In this document: positions 36,482 through 46,450 of the stretch, one piece after another
Layout: each line of letters begins with the position of its first letter
Numbering within the stretch: the first letter of the stretch is position 1
Source of the DNA: Candidatus Latescibacterota bacterium
GTDB lineage: Bacteria > Latescibacterota > UBA2968
Direction: 5' to 3'
Assembly (NCBI GenBank): GCA_965207885.1
Contig: OZ242311.1
Span: forward strand, 960,001-1,024,000
Length of the DNA stretch: 64,000 nt
The notes under the pieces: model-generated
The model's input: only the letters and a program-made list of their open reading frames with translations
What the model was told of the DNA's origin: nothing
Databases searched by the model: none
Made by a program: the position numbers and the translations under genes

Positions 36482-39402
36482 CTATGAAAACTTCAGAAAT
36501 ATTATTCGAACTCAGACGAATTTCCTCTACGGAGTCTCCCTCTCCTGAGGAGTGTAAATTTGTCCAAAACCGAATCACGGATGAAAAATTCGCACGGTTC
36601 TTTTTTCAACACGCTAAAGGGTCTCAATGGATAGAAGAGTTACGTGATTTTTTTGAATCTAACCGGCCTGACAATCCCTCATCGGGATATCCATATCTTT
36701 TCCATTTGTCCGAGAATAATTATGGGGATTTCGTAAATTTTGTCCAAATGATTAAGGCAAATTTGAATTATTATGGTTTCAGCCAAATAATTAAGGTAGC
36801 TACTTCTGTTCAACCTAAGGACGCAGTAAAATTAAGTCCGGTAGTGGAATCCTATTTGTCATCCGGCACGAAAAAATCAGCAGGTGGGATTAGCGATTAT
36901 CTGAAGCATATTTTCATACCTGGATTATACAATAATCAGCTTTGGAGTATATTGAATAAGATACTCTATTTCCTTCCAGATCCAGAATCTGAGGATAAGC
37001 AGGAAAAACAAAAAAATAGTGAGGGTAGTCCTGATTATTGGACAACAGCACTGGAGCCAGTGACAAGAATTGATGCTTATGAATATCAACAAATTCTCGA
37101 GCAGGGCATACGTCCTCTATGCGAAAAAGACCCATATCAAATAGCTCGCATTCTTATCAATGCCACGGAAAGAATGATTCGCCTGAGCAAGCATCAAGAA
37201 GACCTCGATAAAGAAGGGGATGAAGATTCCTCGGAAATCTGGTGCCGACGGCTCAATGCATTAGATAACCTTGGTTACAGCAAGTCAAAAGAAATGCTTG
37301 TTCATACACTGACCTTTGCCTGTAGAAAGGTCTATGAAAAATTTCCGGAATCAGTTGAGGAATTGGATCAGATACTAAGAAAAAAACGATGGAAGGTCTT
37401 CAAGCGGTTACGCCAGCACCTATACTCACTAAACCCAACTGAACAGACCCTACCCTGGATTCGCGAGTTCATTCTTGAACACAAAGACTATGCCAAATGG
37501 GAACACCATTACGAGTTTCAACTCATGATTCGCAAGGCTTGCGATCACTTTGGCACAAGCCTGCTTAGCGAGGAAGAACGAACGACGATATTTGACACCA
37601 TTCTGAGCGGTCCATCGAAAAAAGATTTCCGACAATGGATGGGTGAGAAAGTCACCGAAGAAGGATTCCAGAAACTACAGCATGATTTTCACAGAATGCA
37701 ACTCCGACCATTTGAATACTTGCTGACTGGAAAATATCAGAACTATTTCCAGGAATTGGAAGACGCATCCGACGAAGATTTCCCTTCGGATGAAGACTAT
37801 TCACCTATTAGTAAGGTAGAAGGCGGAATAGTATCCTATCGTAGCCCACGTTCACCCGAAGAACTGGCGGAGTTTGGTGACGAGGGATTGCTCACGTACA
37901 TCAACACATGGCAAGAAGGACGTCCATGGTACGAAGAACATAGATACGAGGATGACCAGTGGATTGAAATCAACATTGGAGCATTGGCGGATGCATTTCA
38001 AACAATGTTCAAAGATACGATTATCTCCGACGAGAAACGATTGACATTCTGGCTGGAGAATCGTGATGGCATAGAGCGACCCGTTTACATCAGAGCAATT
38101 GTCCGGGCGATACAGGAGCATGTAAAAGAACAAAATTATGAGCGGCTTGATCTATGGTTTGAATTCTGCGAGTGGGTGCTATCGCATCCCGATGCAGAAA
38201 GGGATCAAGGAGAGAGGGGCGATGAGTCGCGGGAACATCCAGACTGGGGAAGTTCACGGCGAGCAGTGGGAGATTTCATTGGTGAGTGTCTAAAAGAGGA
38301 AACGAGCGTCCCATTCACTGAACGAGAATCACTGGAAAATATCCTCAGACTACTATGCACACAATTTGACAGACGATTAGATCTTGATGAGCCGGTTTTA
38401 CTGAATCGTAACGATCAAATTACCGAGGCCATCAACAACACCCGGAGCCGTGCTTTGGAAGATCTGGTGAAGTTCGGTTTTTGGGTACGCAGACACAATG
38501 ATACGGACAATGTTCCAGAAGTCACCGCAATACTTGAAGAGCGTTTTAAGGATGATGCGAATTACTCTCTTACGATGCCGGAACATGCGCAATTGGGCAG
38601 GTATTACATTCAACTTTGGGACATGAACCAAAGATGGGCAGTCGAACACAAAGCGGTCTTTTTTCCCCAAGATAATCTACCCATATGGGTAGAGGCATTT
38701 GGAAGTTTCTTGCGCTTCACTCGGCCGTTTAAGCCGATCTTTGAAATTCTGAGGGATGATTTTGTATTCGCACTTGACCACTTGCCCAAAATTGAGGACA
38801 ATGAAATAGTCGACACGCAGGCACAACGTCTTTTTACCTATTATTTGTGGGAAGTCTATCCGCTCAAGGGCGAAGATAGTCTGCTGGAAAGATTCTACGA
38901 GAAGACCAAAAACGATCCACAGCGGTGGGCGAGCTTATCCAATTATGTCGCGTGGGCTGTGGGAAATCGTAGTGAGGATTTGGAACAAGGCTTGATAGAC
39001 CGTATAGTCGCATTCTTTGACTGGCGGCTTGAACAGAAAGAACCGGAAGAACTGCAAAAAATCGCGTACTGTCTGGAAGCGGAATGCTTTGACCCGGATT
39101 GGCGATTGGATACTTACGCTAAAATTCTCGATGTAGGCCAACTAGGTCACATAGGTAGCTCAAGTATTCTGAATGTATTGAACGAAATGCTCGAAAGCCA
39201 CACTGAAAAAGTCGTTGGATGCTTCGTAAAAATTACTGATACACTTAATCAAGGCGAAAGCATCTATATTGGCACAGACGAAGAAGCGAAGGCTATTCTG
39301 AGAACAGGATTGGACAGCGAGAATGAGAGCATACGCGAAAATGCGGAGCAGGCACAAGAAAACCTTTTGAACGCTGGACGCTACGGTTTTTTAGATATTT
39401 AA
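36478..39402 (+). CDS. Large (~970 aa) predicted alpha-helical protein coupled to the SIR2 gene
   Basis: Long uninterrupted ORF; ATG 36478 overlaps the SIR2 stop (ATGA); no Walker A or other catalytic motif recognised. Confidence 0.75.
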   Translation: MTMKTSEILFELRRISSTESPSPEECKFVQNRITDEKFARFFFQHAKGSQWIEELRDFFESNRPDNPSSGYPYLFHLSENNYGDFVNFVQMIKANLNYYGFSQIIKVATSVQPKDAVKLSPVVESYLSSGTKKSAGGISDYLKHIFIPGLYNNQLWSILNKILYFLPDPESEDKQEKQKNSEGSPDYWTTALEPVTRIDAYEYQQILEQGIRPLCEKDPYQIARILINATERMIRLSKHQEDLDKEGDEDSSEIWCRRLNALDNLGYSKSKEMLVHTLTFACRKVYEKFPESVEELDQILRKKRWKVFKRLRQHLYSLNPTEQTLPWIREFILEHKDYAKWEHHYEFQLMIRKACDHFGTSLLSEEERTTIFDTILSGPSKKDFRQWMGEKVTEEGFQKLQHDFHRMQLRPFEYLLTGKYQNYFQELEDASDEDFPSDEDYSPISKVEGGIVSYRSPRSPEELAEFGDEGLLTYINTWQEGRPWYEEHRYEDDQWIEINIGALADAFQTMFKDTIISDEKRLTFWLENRDGIERPVYIRAIVRAIQEHVKEQNYERLDLWFEFCEWVLSHPDAERDQGERGDESREHPDWGSSRRAVGDFIGECLKEETSVPFTERESLENILRLLCTQFDRRLDLDEPVLLNRNDQITEAINNTRSRALEDLVKFGFWVRRHNDTDNVPEVTAILEERFKDDANYSLTMPEHAQLGRYYIQLWDMNQRWAVEHKAVFFPQDNLPIWVEAFGSFLRFTRPFKPIFEILRDDFVFALDHLPKIEDNEIVDTQAQRLFTYYLWEVYPLKGEDSLLERFYEKTKNDPQRWASLSNYVAWAVGNRSEDLEQGLIDRIVAFFDWRLEQKEPEELQKIAYCLEAECFDPDWRLDTYAKILDVGQLGHIGSSSILNVLNEMLESHTEKVVGCFVKITDTLNQGESIYIGTDEEAKAILRTGLDSENESIRENAEQAQENLLNAGRYGFLDI

Positions 39403-39576
39403 GATAGTTGGTATTCGGGATTTTGACACCGCTACTGTATATTATTTGGACGCGGGAGCATTCACCAAAACTTCCGCGTTGTCAAATGTAAGGTCTTAAA
39501 AAAGGACAGATAATGGGGAGGAACATCAAGGCCAGATTTTCAAAGAGCGGACTCATATCGCAGGAGAAGCATAGTC

Positions 39577-39987
39577 GTGTTACCGTTTGAATTTGTGATT
39601 GATGGGCCTCCTGTTTCTCAACAAACAAGGCGCGCAGAAAAACGGCGAGATTGGATCAGTAAAGTTAAAGATGAAGCGAAAAGTCATTGGCCAGAGGATG
39701 AGTTGCCGGTTGCCAGTTCAATTATGGTAAAAATTGCCTATTTCTATGAAGAAGAATCTCCCAAAATAGATGTAGATAACATAAGCAAACCCATTTTAGA
39801 TGCTTTGAAAGAAACGATTTTTACAGATGATACTCAGGTAACGGATCTGTTGTGTCAAAAACGAAGGTTGGAGGATATAAGAGTCGAAATTTCCTCTACT
39901 ATTTTACTTGAACGATTGATCCAAAAAGACGAATTTTTATTCATTGTCGTTCAAGATGCTCCTGACCAGGAGGTGTTCAATGGCTGA
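39577..39987 (+). CDS. RusA-family endodeoxyribonuclease-like protein
   Basis: EFVIDGPPVS, DVDNISKPILDAL...F.DDTQV; AGGAG RBS. Confidence 0.82.
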   Translation: MLPFEFVIDGPPVSQQTRRAEKRRDWISKVKDEAKSHWPEDELPVASSIMVKIAYFYEEESPKIDVDNISKPILDALKETIFTDDTQVTDLLCQKRRLEDIRVEISSTILLERLIQKDEFLFIVVQDAPDQEVFNG

Positions 39988-40657
39988 CTTAACTGCTCAT
40001 GAGAGCGAAAGCCAGCGTGTCCAGAAAGTTGGGCAAGTATATCGCGACAAAGGCTATGATGTGTTGATTGAACCTCAGGGTGATCAATTGCCTGATTTTT
40101 TACAGGCATTTCGGCCAGATTTGATTGTACATAAAGGCGATGAGCATATTGTGGTCGAAGTAAGAACGCGTGGGCAGGTTTCTGATTTTCCTCAAGTGAA
40201 TGAATTGGCAAAAGTTGTTAGAAACGAGGTTGGATGGAAATTTGAGTTGTTTTTATTAGGGCCAGAAAATTCATTTTTTTTGAATGGAGCTTCGCTATTT
40301 ACTGTCGAAGAAATCCGCTTAAAAATTAAGGAAGTGGCTTTCTTTATGGAGAATGGGCATTTAGAGGCTGCATTTCTTATGGGGTGGTCTTTGGTGGAAG
40401 CGACTTTGAGGATCCTGGCGGTTAAAGAGGGAATAGAGGGTGAAACTGCAACGCCCGATTATCTGCTTAAGCAAATGACTTTTGAAGGGATTATTGCGCG
40501 AGAAACATATCACGATCTAAAACACGCACAGCAAACGCGAGATGCGATTGCTCATGGTTTTAAGTCGTCGCAACTCACTGTTGAGACGGTGCAAGAATTG
40601 ATTGATTTGATTGATGGGGTGCTGTTACAAGAATTGGATAATGTGGTAGAGGATTAG
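39980..40657 (+). CDS. REase (AHJR-like PD-(D/E)xK) domain plus helical HEPN-like C-terminus
   Basis: YRDKGYDV..P....LPDFL..FRPDLI.....IVVEVR; C-terminal AAFL..W...EA.LR and RDAIAHG (R-x4-H); AGGAGG RBS. Confidence 0.7.
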   Translation: MADLTAHESESQRVQKVGQVYRDKGYDVLIEPQGDQLPDFLQAFRPDLIVHKGDEHIVVEVRTRGQVSDFPQVNELAKVVRNEVGWKFELFLLGPENSFFLNGASLFTVEEIRLKIKEVAFFMENGHLEAAFLMGWSLVEATLRILAVKEGIEGETATPDYLLKQMTFEGIIARETYHDLKHAQQTRDAIAHGFKSSQLTVETVQELIDLIDGVLLQELDNVVED

Positions 40658-40689
40658 TACACGCCAGCTGGGGATCTGACTCCAACCTA

Positions 40690-41626
40690 GGTAGTGTCTG
40701 AAAAGTCGTAAAGTATGTATTTTAGTTGCAGCATACGCCCTAAACCAAGGAGTATGATATGCAACGGAGATATGAACTGCGCGACGAGGCTTGGCATCTG
40801 ATCCAAGACCTGTTCCCACCGCCGAAGAAGATGGGTCGTCCCCGTCGGGATGATCGTACATTATTCAACGGGATCTTCTGGATATTGTGTTCAGGTGCAG
40901 CTTGGCGCGACCTGCCAGAACGATATGGTCCTTGGCAGACAGCCTTTGACCGATTCTGCAAATGGAAACAGGATGGCACCTTTGATCGCATTGTAGAAAA
41001 GCTACATCTCAAATTGGGTGAAGATGGTCTTTTAGATTATGCGACCTGGATGATGGATGCAACCCATATTCGAGCCACACAAGCCGCGGCAGGAGCGAAA
41101 AAAAAAGGGCAAAAAGGGTGAAGAAGAGCCCCCAGATCACGCTTTAGGACGCTCTCGTGGCGGTTTGACCACGAAAATCCATCTTCTTTGCGATGCAGTC
41201 GGGCATCCTTTAGCAGTGGATCTTCTCCCTGGTAACCAGTCAGAATCCACACAGGCTGAAAGGCTACTGTCAAAGGTATGCATACCCACCAAACGAGGGC
41301 GTCCAAGAAACCGACCCAAGTATCTGGTAGCTGATAAATCTTATGATGTCTCACGCATCAGAGTCTATCTACGCAAACGGGGTATCAAGGCTGCTATCCC
41401 AAACAAGGCGATTCCCAAAGGCAGAAAACGGCGTAAGAGAGGACCACGGCCTAAGTGTGATAAAAGATTATATGCCAAACGCAATATCGTGGAGCGTCTC
41501 TTTGGTTGGCTTAAACACTGCCGACGGATTGTGACCCGATTTGAAAAAAAGGCGACTCATTTTCTCACTATGGTCAAGCTGGCCTGTATCAGACAACTCT
41601 TCAAAGCTTACTTTTCAGACACTACC
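40690..41626 (+). mobile_element. IS5-family (IS427-group-like) insertion sequence, 937 bp
   Basis: Perfect 17-bp terminal inverted repeats GGTAGTGTCTGAAAAGT (40690-40706) and ACTTTTCAGACACTACC (41610-41626), flanked by TA on both sides. Confidence 0.93.
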
Positions 41627-41629
41627 TAA
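40759..41629 (+). CDS. IS5-family transposase in two frames (orfA 40759-41121, orfB to 41629)
   Basis: orfA GIFWILCSGAAWRDLPERYGPW...DATHIRA; orfB GRSRGGLTTKIH, ADKSYD, RNIVERLFG.LK..RR; junction at the A9 run 41098-41106. Confidence 0.9.
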
Positions 41630-41713
41630 TAAAGAAATATAAACCTCTGCTGATCTTCCTACATTGGGGAATTTTTCCTTGATATCTATCTTTTCCAGAG
41701 TATCTTAAATTAA

Positions 41714-42097
41714 TTGGTCAAATTGCGGAGTATTCCGATGAGTTTGCTTCAAAAAATAAAGTCTGATGACTTCATTTTTTCTATCGGTTATGAAATGCCA
41801 CCCAAAGCGATGCGATATGTTCTTGTAAGGACCGAAGAGTGCAAGCAGCTTCGAGATGCATATTGGAGTGGGGATTTATCAGAGGCAGAATTGCGTGGAT
41901 ATATACAGAGTTTACTGGCAGTATTTGTGTCTGGTGAAAAGTTTTACTATGATATGACATTATCGTTGATAGCAGTTGCTCTGGAGCCTTTTAACACGCC
42001 TTTTGCTGATGAGTATATCACCACATTGGCTAACCTGGAGCTATCGGAGATGCCTTTGAGTATCCGAGTAGCGAAAATCTGCAAATATCAAAATTGA
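41714..42097 (+). CDS. Hypothetical protein (~120 aa)
   Basis: ORF fills the gap between the IS and a terminator; GGAG precedes an internal ATG (MSLLQK). Confidence 0.55.
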   Translation: MVKLRSIPMSLLQKIKSDDFIFSIGYEMPPKAMRYVLVRTEECKQLRDAYWSGDLSEAELRGYIQSLLAVFVSGEKFYYDMTLSLIAVALEPFNTPFADEYITTLANLELSEMPLSIRVAKICKYQN

Positions 42098-42145
42098 GTG
42101 AAATCGCTATCGTCTTTTTTGGGAATTCGTAAATATACAGAATCG

Positions 42146-42180
42146 AAAGATCTCGCCTGATTTTTGCGAGGTCTTTTTTT
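42146..42180. terminator. Terminator hairpin between convergent genes
   Basis: AAAGATCTCGC-loop-GCGAGGTCTTT followed by a T run. Confidence 0.65.
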
Positions 42181-42529
42181 AGCGCGTTACATATCTGGGA
42201 CGATTGATTGCTTCTGCGACCTGGATATGTGCTACATCTTCGGTTTTGGGACGTACGACGATGTCGATGTCCCGGTCCAATGCCCGTAAGAAAGACAACA
42301 GACGCTCGATGGAAAATCCGCCCAGTCGCCCGTTTTTGAGTGCGGATACTTTGGGTTGGTCGATGCCGAGAATACCTGCGGCTTTTTTTTGCGTCCAACC
42401 TTTTTGTTGGATGATTTTACTGATTTGAATTGCCAGGTCTGATTTTGCCAACTCTTCATCAGGACGATCAAATCCCAGGTCCTTAAAAACGTTGCCGGAC
42501 CCTACGGTGTAGTTTGCTTTTTCGCTCAT
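42179..42529 (-). CDS. Xre/HigA-like HTH antitoxin
   Basis: GSGNVFKDLG, WTQKKAAGILGIDQPKVSAL..G....FS.ERL. Confidence 0.88.
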   Translation of the reverse strand: MSEKANYTVGSGNVFKDLGFDRPDEELAKSDLAIQISKIIQQKGWTQKKAAGILGIDQPKVSALKNGRLGGFSIERLLSFLRALDRDIDIVVRPKTEDVAHIQVAEAINRPRYVTR

Positions 42530-42885
42530 GTTTTGTTTTCCTTTACGATTTGTTCTGCCATTTGCAAACGTCTTTTTATGGTATCCAGATCGCGTTTTGT
42601 GGTTGCAATACCGCGTTTTGATTTTTTTTGAAAGACGTGCAAGACATAAATGTTGTCGTCAATTTTGATTGCATAAACTGCTCGATAGGTGTTGGTTGCA
42701 TAGTTGATAACAATTTCAATGACGCCAGAGAAGCCTTTTAACATTTTTGCTTTGTGAGATCTTTCTCCGATTTCCTCCATGTGAAGTGCGTGTCCGATTT
42801 CTCGTTTGACTTCATCTGGGAGTTTCCGCAGGTCTCTTAGCGATGAACCGATCCAGATAACAGGTTTTTGCGGTTTTTCATACAT
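42526..42885 (-). CDS. RelE/ParE-superfamily (Gp49/DUF891-like) toxin
   Basis: VIWIGSSLRDL, TYRAVY, IYVLHVFQKKS; toxin-first order, 4-nt overlap with the antitoxin. Confidence 0.88.
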   Translation of the reverse strand: MYEKPQKPVIWIGSSLRDLRKLPDEVKREIGHALHMEEIGERSHKAKMLKGFSGVIEIVINYATNTYRAVYAIKIDDNIYVLHVFQKKSKRGIATTKRDLDTIKRRLQMAEQIVKENKT

Positions 42886-42892
42886 AAGATAT

Positions 42893-42914
42893 AATATGCT
42901 AAATCCAGCATATT
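42893..42914. promoter_or_regulatory. Palindromic operator upstream of the toxin-antitoxin operon
   Basis: AATATGCT-N6-AGCATATT perfect inverted repeat 8 nt before the toxin ATG, next to a TTGCAT -35-like box on the - strand. Confidence 0.6.
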
Positions 42915-42946
42915 TATGCAAGTTCATTTTTTAGGGGGGATTCGCA

Positions 42947-44335
42947 GTGTCTCGTCAACCCAATATAGTAGTTATTATCACAGATCAGCAGCGCACGGAT
43001 ACGATGGCGTGTTATGGCAATGAGTGGATTCAGTCGCCGCATCATGACGCGTTGGCTGCGCGGAGTTTTGTTTTTGAGAATGCCTATGTGACGCAGGCGG
43101 TTTGTACGCCGGCGCGGGGGTCGCTGATTACCGGGCTTTATCCGCATTCGCATGGGTGTGTGGTCAATGGGATCCCGCTGAGGGAGGAGACGTTATCCAT
43201 TGCGGAGATGATGCCCGATACGTACCGCAAGGGGTATGTGGGCAAGTGGCATTTGGGAGATGATGGCAACTGTCAGCACGGGTTTGACGAGTGGTGCAGT
43301 ATTGCGGATGGGTGTGGGTATCAACAGTGGTTGCTGGATCAGGGCTTTGTTCCGGATGTGCCCAACAGGTTTACGCCCCAACAACGCGCGGAGATGCCGG
43401 CTTCCGCGCAGATTGGGGCTTATGTGGGCGCGGAGTCCGAGCGGTTTATTCGCGAGAATACGGAGCGGCCATGGCTGCTCGTTGCCAGTACGTTTGAGCC
43501 GCATCCGCCTTATCGGGGACCTTATGACGGGTTGTACGATCCGGAGGAGATTCCGGTGGGACCGACGTTTTTGAAGCATCCGGAAGGGCATTCGCTGTTT
43601 AATCGCGTGCGTTCGGATTTTTATCGCAATACCACGGATGCGCGGGTTGTGGCAGAAGATATGACGCGGGATGAGAATTGGCGGAAGTTGCGGGCGCAGT
43701 ATTTGGGCAATGTGAAAATTGTGGATGATGCCATTGGCAAGATGGTGCTGGCACTGGATGAGACGGGTCAGATGGAGAATACGATTTTTGTGTTTACGAG
43801 TGATCACGGCGAGATGGCGGGCGATCACCGCATGTGGGAGAAACGGGCGTTTTACGAGGAGTCGGCGCGGGTTCCGTTTTTGATGCATGTGCCGTGGTTG
43901 AGTGCGGAACAGACGCGGGTGGATGGGGTGTTTGGTCACGCGGATCTGGTTCCGACGCTTTTGGATCTGGCAGGACTGCCGATTCCAGACCAGTGTCAGG
44001 GTGAGAGTGTGGCGGGTGCGTTGACGGGTGAGCGCGATTTGAGGGAGCACATGGCGTTTATGGAGTGGAATGGGATTGGTGACCGCAATTTGGGGAATCC
44101 CGATATCAATTTGGTGGCGACGCTGCCGTGGCGCTGTGTTGTGACGGGCGACCGGTGGAAGTTGAACTTGTGTGCGGGCGATCAGTGCGAGTTATTCGAT
44201 TTGAATACGGATCCTTTTGAGGAGAATAATTTGTTCGATGCGCCCGAGTACCGGGATCGCGTTCGCAGTATGGCGGCGGCGATTCGCTTGTGGCAGCACG
44301 AGACGGGCGATACGGCACCTTTGCCGAGTATTTGA
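42947..44335 (+). CDS. Sulfatase (S1, Cys-type)
   Basis: QPNIVVIITDQQR, CTPARGSLITG, GKWHLG, SDHGE. Confidence 0.92.
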   Translation: MSRQPNIVVIITDQQRTDTMACYGNEWIQSPHHDALAARSFVFENAYVTQAVCTPARGSLITGLYPHSHGCVVNGIPLREETLSIAEMMPDTYRKGYVGKWHLGDDGNCQHGFDEWCSIADGCGYQQWLLDQGFVPDVPNRFTPQQRAEMPASAQIGAYVGAESERFIRENTERPWLLVASTFEPHPPYRGPYDGLYDPEEIPVGPTFLKHPEGHSLFNRVRSDFYRNTTDARVVAEDMTRDENWRKLRAQYLGNVKIVDDAIGKMVLALDETGQMENTIFVFTSDHGEMAGDHRMWEKRAFYEESARVPFLMHVPWLSAEQTRVDGVFGHADLVPTLLDLAGLPIPDQCQGESVAGALTGERDLREHMAFMEWNGIGDRNLGNPDINLVATLPWRCVVTGDRWKLNLCAGDQCELFDLNTDPFEENNLFDAPEYRDRVRSMAAAIRLWQHETGDTAPLPSI

Positions 44336-44346
44336 GGAGAATAAAA

Positions 44347-45168
44347 ATGGGTTTTTCGTATTGTTTGAATACCAGCACGATTCGCAATGAGGGTGTTTCG
44401 GTGGTCGATGCCATCGATATTGCGGCGGATGCGGGTTATGATGGGATTGAGCCGTGGGTGGCAGAAATTGATGCGTGGGTTGTGGGGGGTGGTTCGCTGT
44501 CTGAGATACGCGATAAGGCAGCGGATAGGGGGATTCAGATTGTCAATTTGATCGCGTTTTTTGAGTGGTCAGTGCCAGAGGATGAGGAGCGGGCAAAGGG
44601 GCTTGAAGAGGCGCATCGCTGTTTTGAGATGGCCGATGCGCTCAATTGCACGTATGTCGCGGCACCGCCTTTTGGGATTCGAGACCGGGATGTGGATTTG
44701 TTTTCTGTGGCGCGTCGCTACGGTGAGTTGATGGATGAGGTTGCCGGGTTTCAGGCGAAACCTCTGTTGGAGTTTTGGGGTATTGCGCAGACTCTGGGTA
44801 CGTTGGGCGAGGCTTTGCTCGTGGCGGCTGAATGCGGGCGGCCCAATACGGTGTTGCTGGCGGATGTTTATCATATGTACAAGGGGAGTGGACATTTTCA
44901 CGGGCTGGAACATCTGGGTCCGGGCAAGTTGGGGTTGGTGCATGTGAATGATTATCCAGCGTCGCCCGGCAGGGATACCATAACAGATGCGGATCGGGTT
45001 TATCCGGGGGATGGTTTGGCGCCCTGGGCAGAGATTGTGGCGGGGTTTGAGAGTGCGGGGTATGAGGGGATGTTGTCTCTGGAGTTGTTTAATCCGGGTT
45101 ATTGGGAGAAGGGGTCTGTTGTGGTTGCTGAAGAGGGTCTGGCAAAGCTCAAGGCGTGTGTGGAATGA
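44347..45168 (+). CDS. Sugar phosphate isomerase/epimerase (TIM barrel)
   Basis: AGYDGIEPW, LEFWG, DVYH, VHVND, R.YPGDG, SLELFN; GAGGAG RBS. Confidence 0.87.
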   Translation: MGFSYCLNTSTIRNEGVSVVDAIDIAADAGYDGIEPWVAEIDAWVVGGGSLSEIRDKAADRGIQIVNLIAFFEWSVPEDEERAKGLEEAHRCFEMADALNCTYVAAPPFGIRDRDVDLFSVARRYGELMDEVAGFQAKPLLEFWGIAQTLGTLGEALLVAAECGRPNTVLLADVYHMYKGSGHFHGLEHLGPGKLGLVHVNDYPASPGRDTITDADRVYPGDGLAPWAEIVAGFESAGYEGMLSLELFNPGYWEKGSVVVAEEGLAKLKACVE

Positions 45169-46433
45169 GTTCGAAAAATATTTTTGGCAATGCGCTGCCC
45201 GCGCGCGTGCCGTTTTATTACGGATGGGTGGTTCTGATTTTTGCGGCGGTTGCGATGGTGGCGACGCTGCCGGGCAGAAGTGTTGGTATTGGTTTGATTA
45301 CAGAGCCTTTGATCGCGGATCTGGGGATTTCCCGGCTCGATTTTGCCGGGATGAATTTCTGGGCGACTATTTTTGGGGCGTTGTTCAATTTGATCTGCGG
45401 TGTAAGTATTGATCGCTTTGGGGTTCGCGCTGTTGTGACGTCGGTGCTATCTGTTCTGAGTCTGGTGGTTTTGGGTTTTAGTCAGGTGGCGGGTGGTGGT
45501 ATTGTTTTGCTTTTGTTGCTGGTTTTGATGCGGGGTGTGGGGCAGAGCGCGCTGTCTGTAGTTAGTTTGACGATGGTTGGCAAGTGGTTTGTGCGGCGGT
45601 TGAGTGTTGCGATGGGTATTTTTGCCGTGCTTATGAGTCTGGGTTTTGCGGTTGCTATTGTTGTTGCTGGCGATGTTGTGCTCAAGCAGGGTTGGCGGGT
45701 TATGTGGTCGGGGCTGGGGTGGATTTTGATGGTTCTATCTGGTTTGTGTCTGTTATTTGTTCGTCGAGATCCGGAGGCGGTTGGGCTGGATACCGAGGTT
45801 GTGAAAGGTGATGAGGCACAGGAGCCGGTGATTGGGTTTACGCTCGTACAGGCGTTGATGACACCGGCTTTTTATGTGTTTGCTATTGGTAGTGCGCTTT
45901 ACAATCTGGTTATTGCGGGGGTGATGCTGTTCAATCAGTCTATATTGGGCGAGTTGGGGTTTGATGAGACGGTGTTTCAATACGCGATGGCGGTGTTTAT
46001 GGCGACGGGGTTATTGGGGAATTTTACAGCGGGGTGGGCGGCGCGCCGATGGTCTTTGGGCAGGCTGATGACGATTGCGATGCTGGCGGTTGGCGTTTAT
46101 TTGCTCGCGTTTCCGGAGCTTAAAACATCGGGGCAAGCTCTGGTACATGCGGGGTTGTTGGGGTTTTCAGGCGGTGTGGTTTCGGTGATTTTTTTTACGG
46201 CGTGGGCAGATATTTTTGGCCGTCTTCATCTGGGTAAGATTCAGGGCGCAGCACAGGTGTTTGCGGTTTTGGCTTCTGCAACAGGTCCGTGGTTTATTGA
46301 ATCTGTTTTTAGTTCTGCGGGGTCTTATGCACCCGCGTTTTACGCGCTGGCGCCAGCGGTGTTGATAGTTGCCGTTTTTGCCTGGTTTGTGAATATTCCC
46401 AGGCCAGAAGATGCGCCGGTATTAGGCCAGTAA
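45165..46433 (+). CDS. MFS transporter
   Basis: About 12 hydrophobic segments, FYYGWVV, G..IDRFG.R motif A, FGR.HLGKIQG. Confidence 0.9.
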   Translation: MSSKNIFGNALPARVPFYYGWVVLIFAAVAMVATLPGRSVGIGLITEPLIADLGISRLDFAGMNFWATIFGALFNLICGVSIDRFGVRAVVTSVLSVLSLVVLGFSQVAGGGIVLLLLLVLMRGVGQSALSVVSLTMVGKWFVRRLSVAMGIFAVLMSLGFAVAIVVAGDVVLKQGWRVMWSGLGWILMVLSGLCLLFVRRDPEAVGLDTEVVKGDEAQEPVIGFTLVQALMTPAFYVFAIGSALYNLVIAGVMLFNQSILGELGFDETVFQYAMAVFMATGLLGNFTAGWAARRWSLGRLMTIAMLAVGVYLLAFPELKTSGQALVHAGLLGFSGGVVSVIFFTAWADIFGRLHLGKIQGAAQVFAVLASATGPWFIESVFSSAGSYAPAFYALAPAVLIVAVFAWFVNIPRPEDAPVLGQ

Positions 46434-46450
46434 TTCAGAAGATTTTGGTT

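Noticed and set aside
22600-42930. Prophage or integrative element explaining the two islands
   Set aside because: No integrase, tRNA target, structural or conjugation genes; native-looking sulfatase genes separate the two islands
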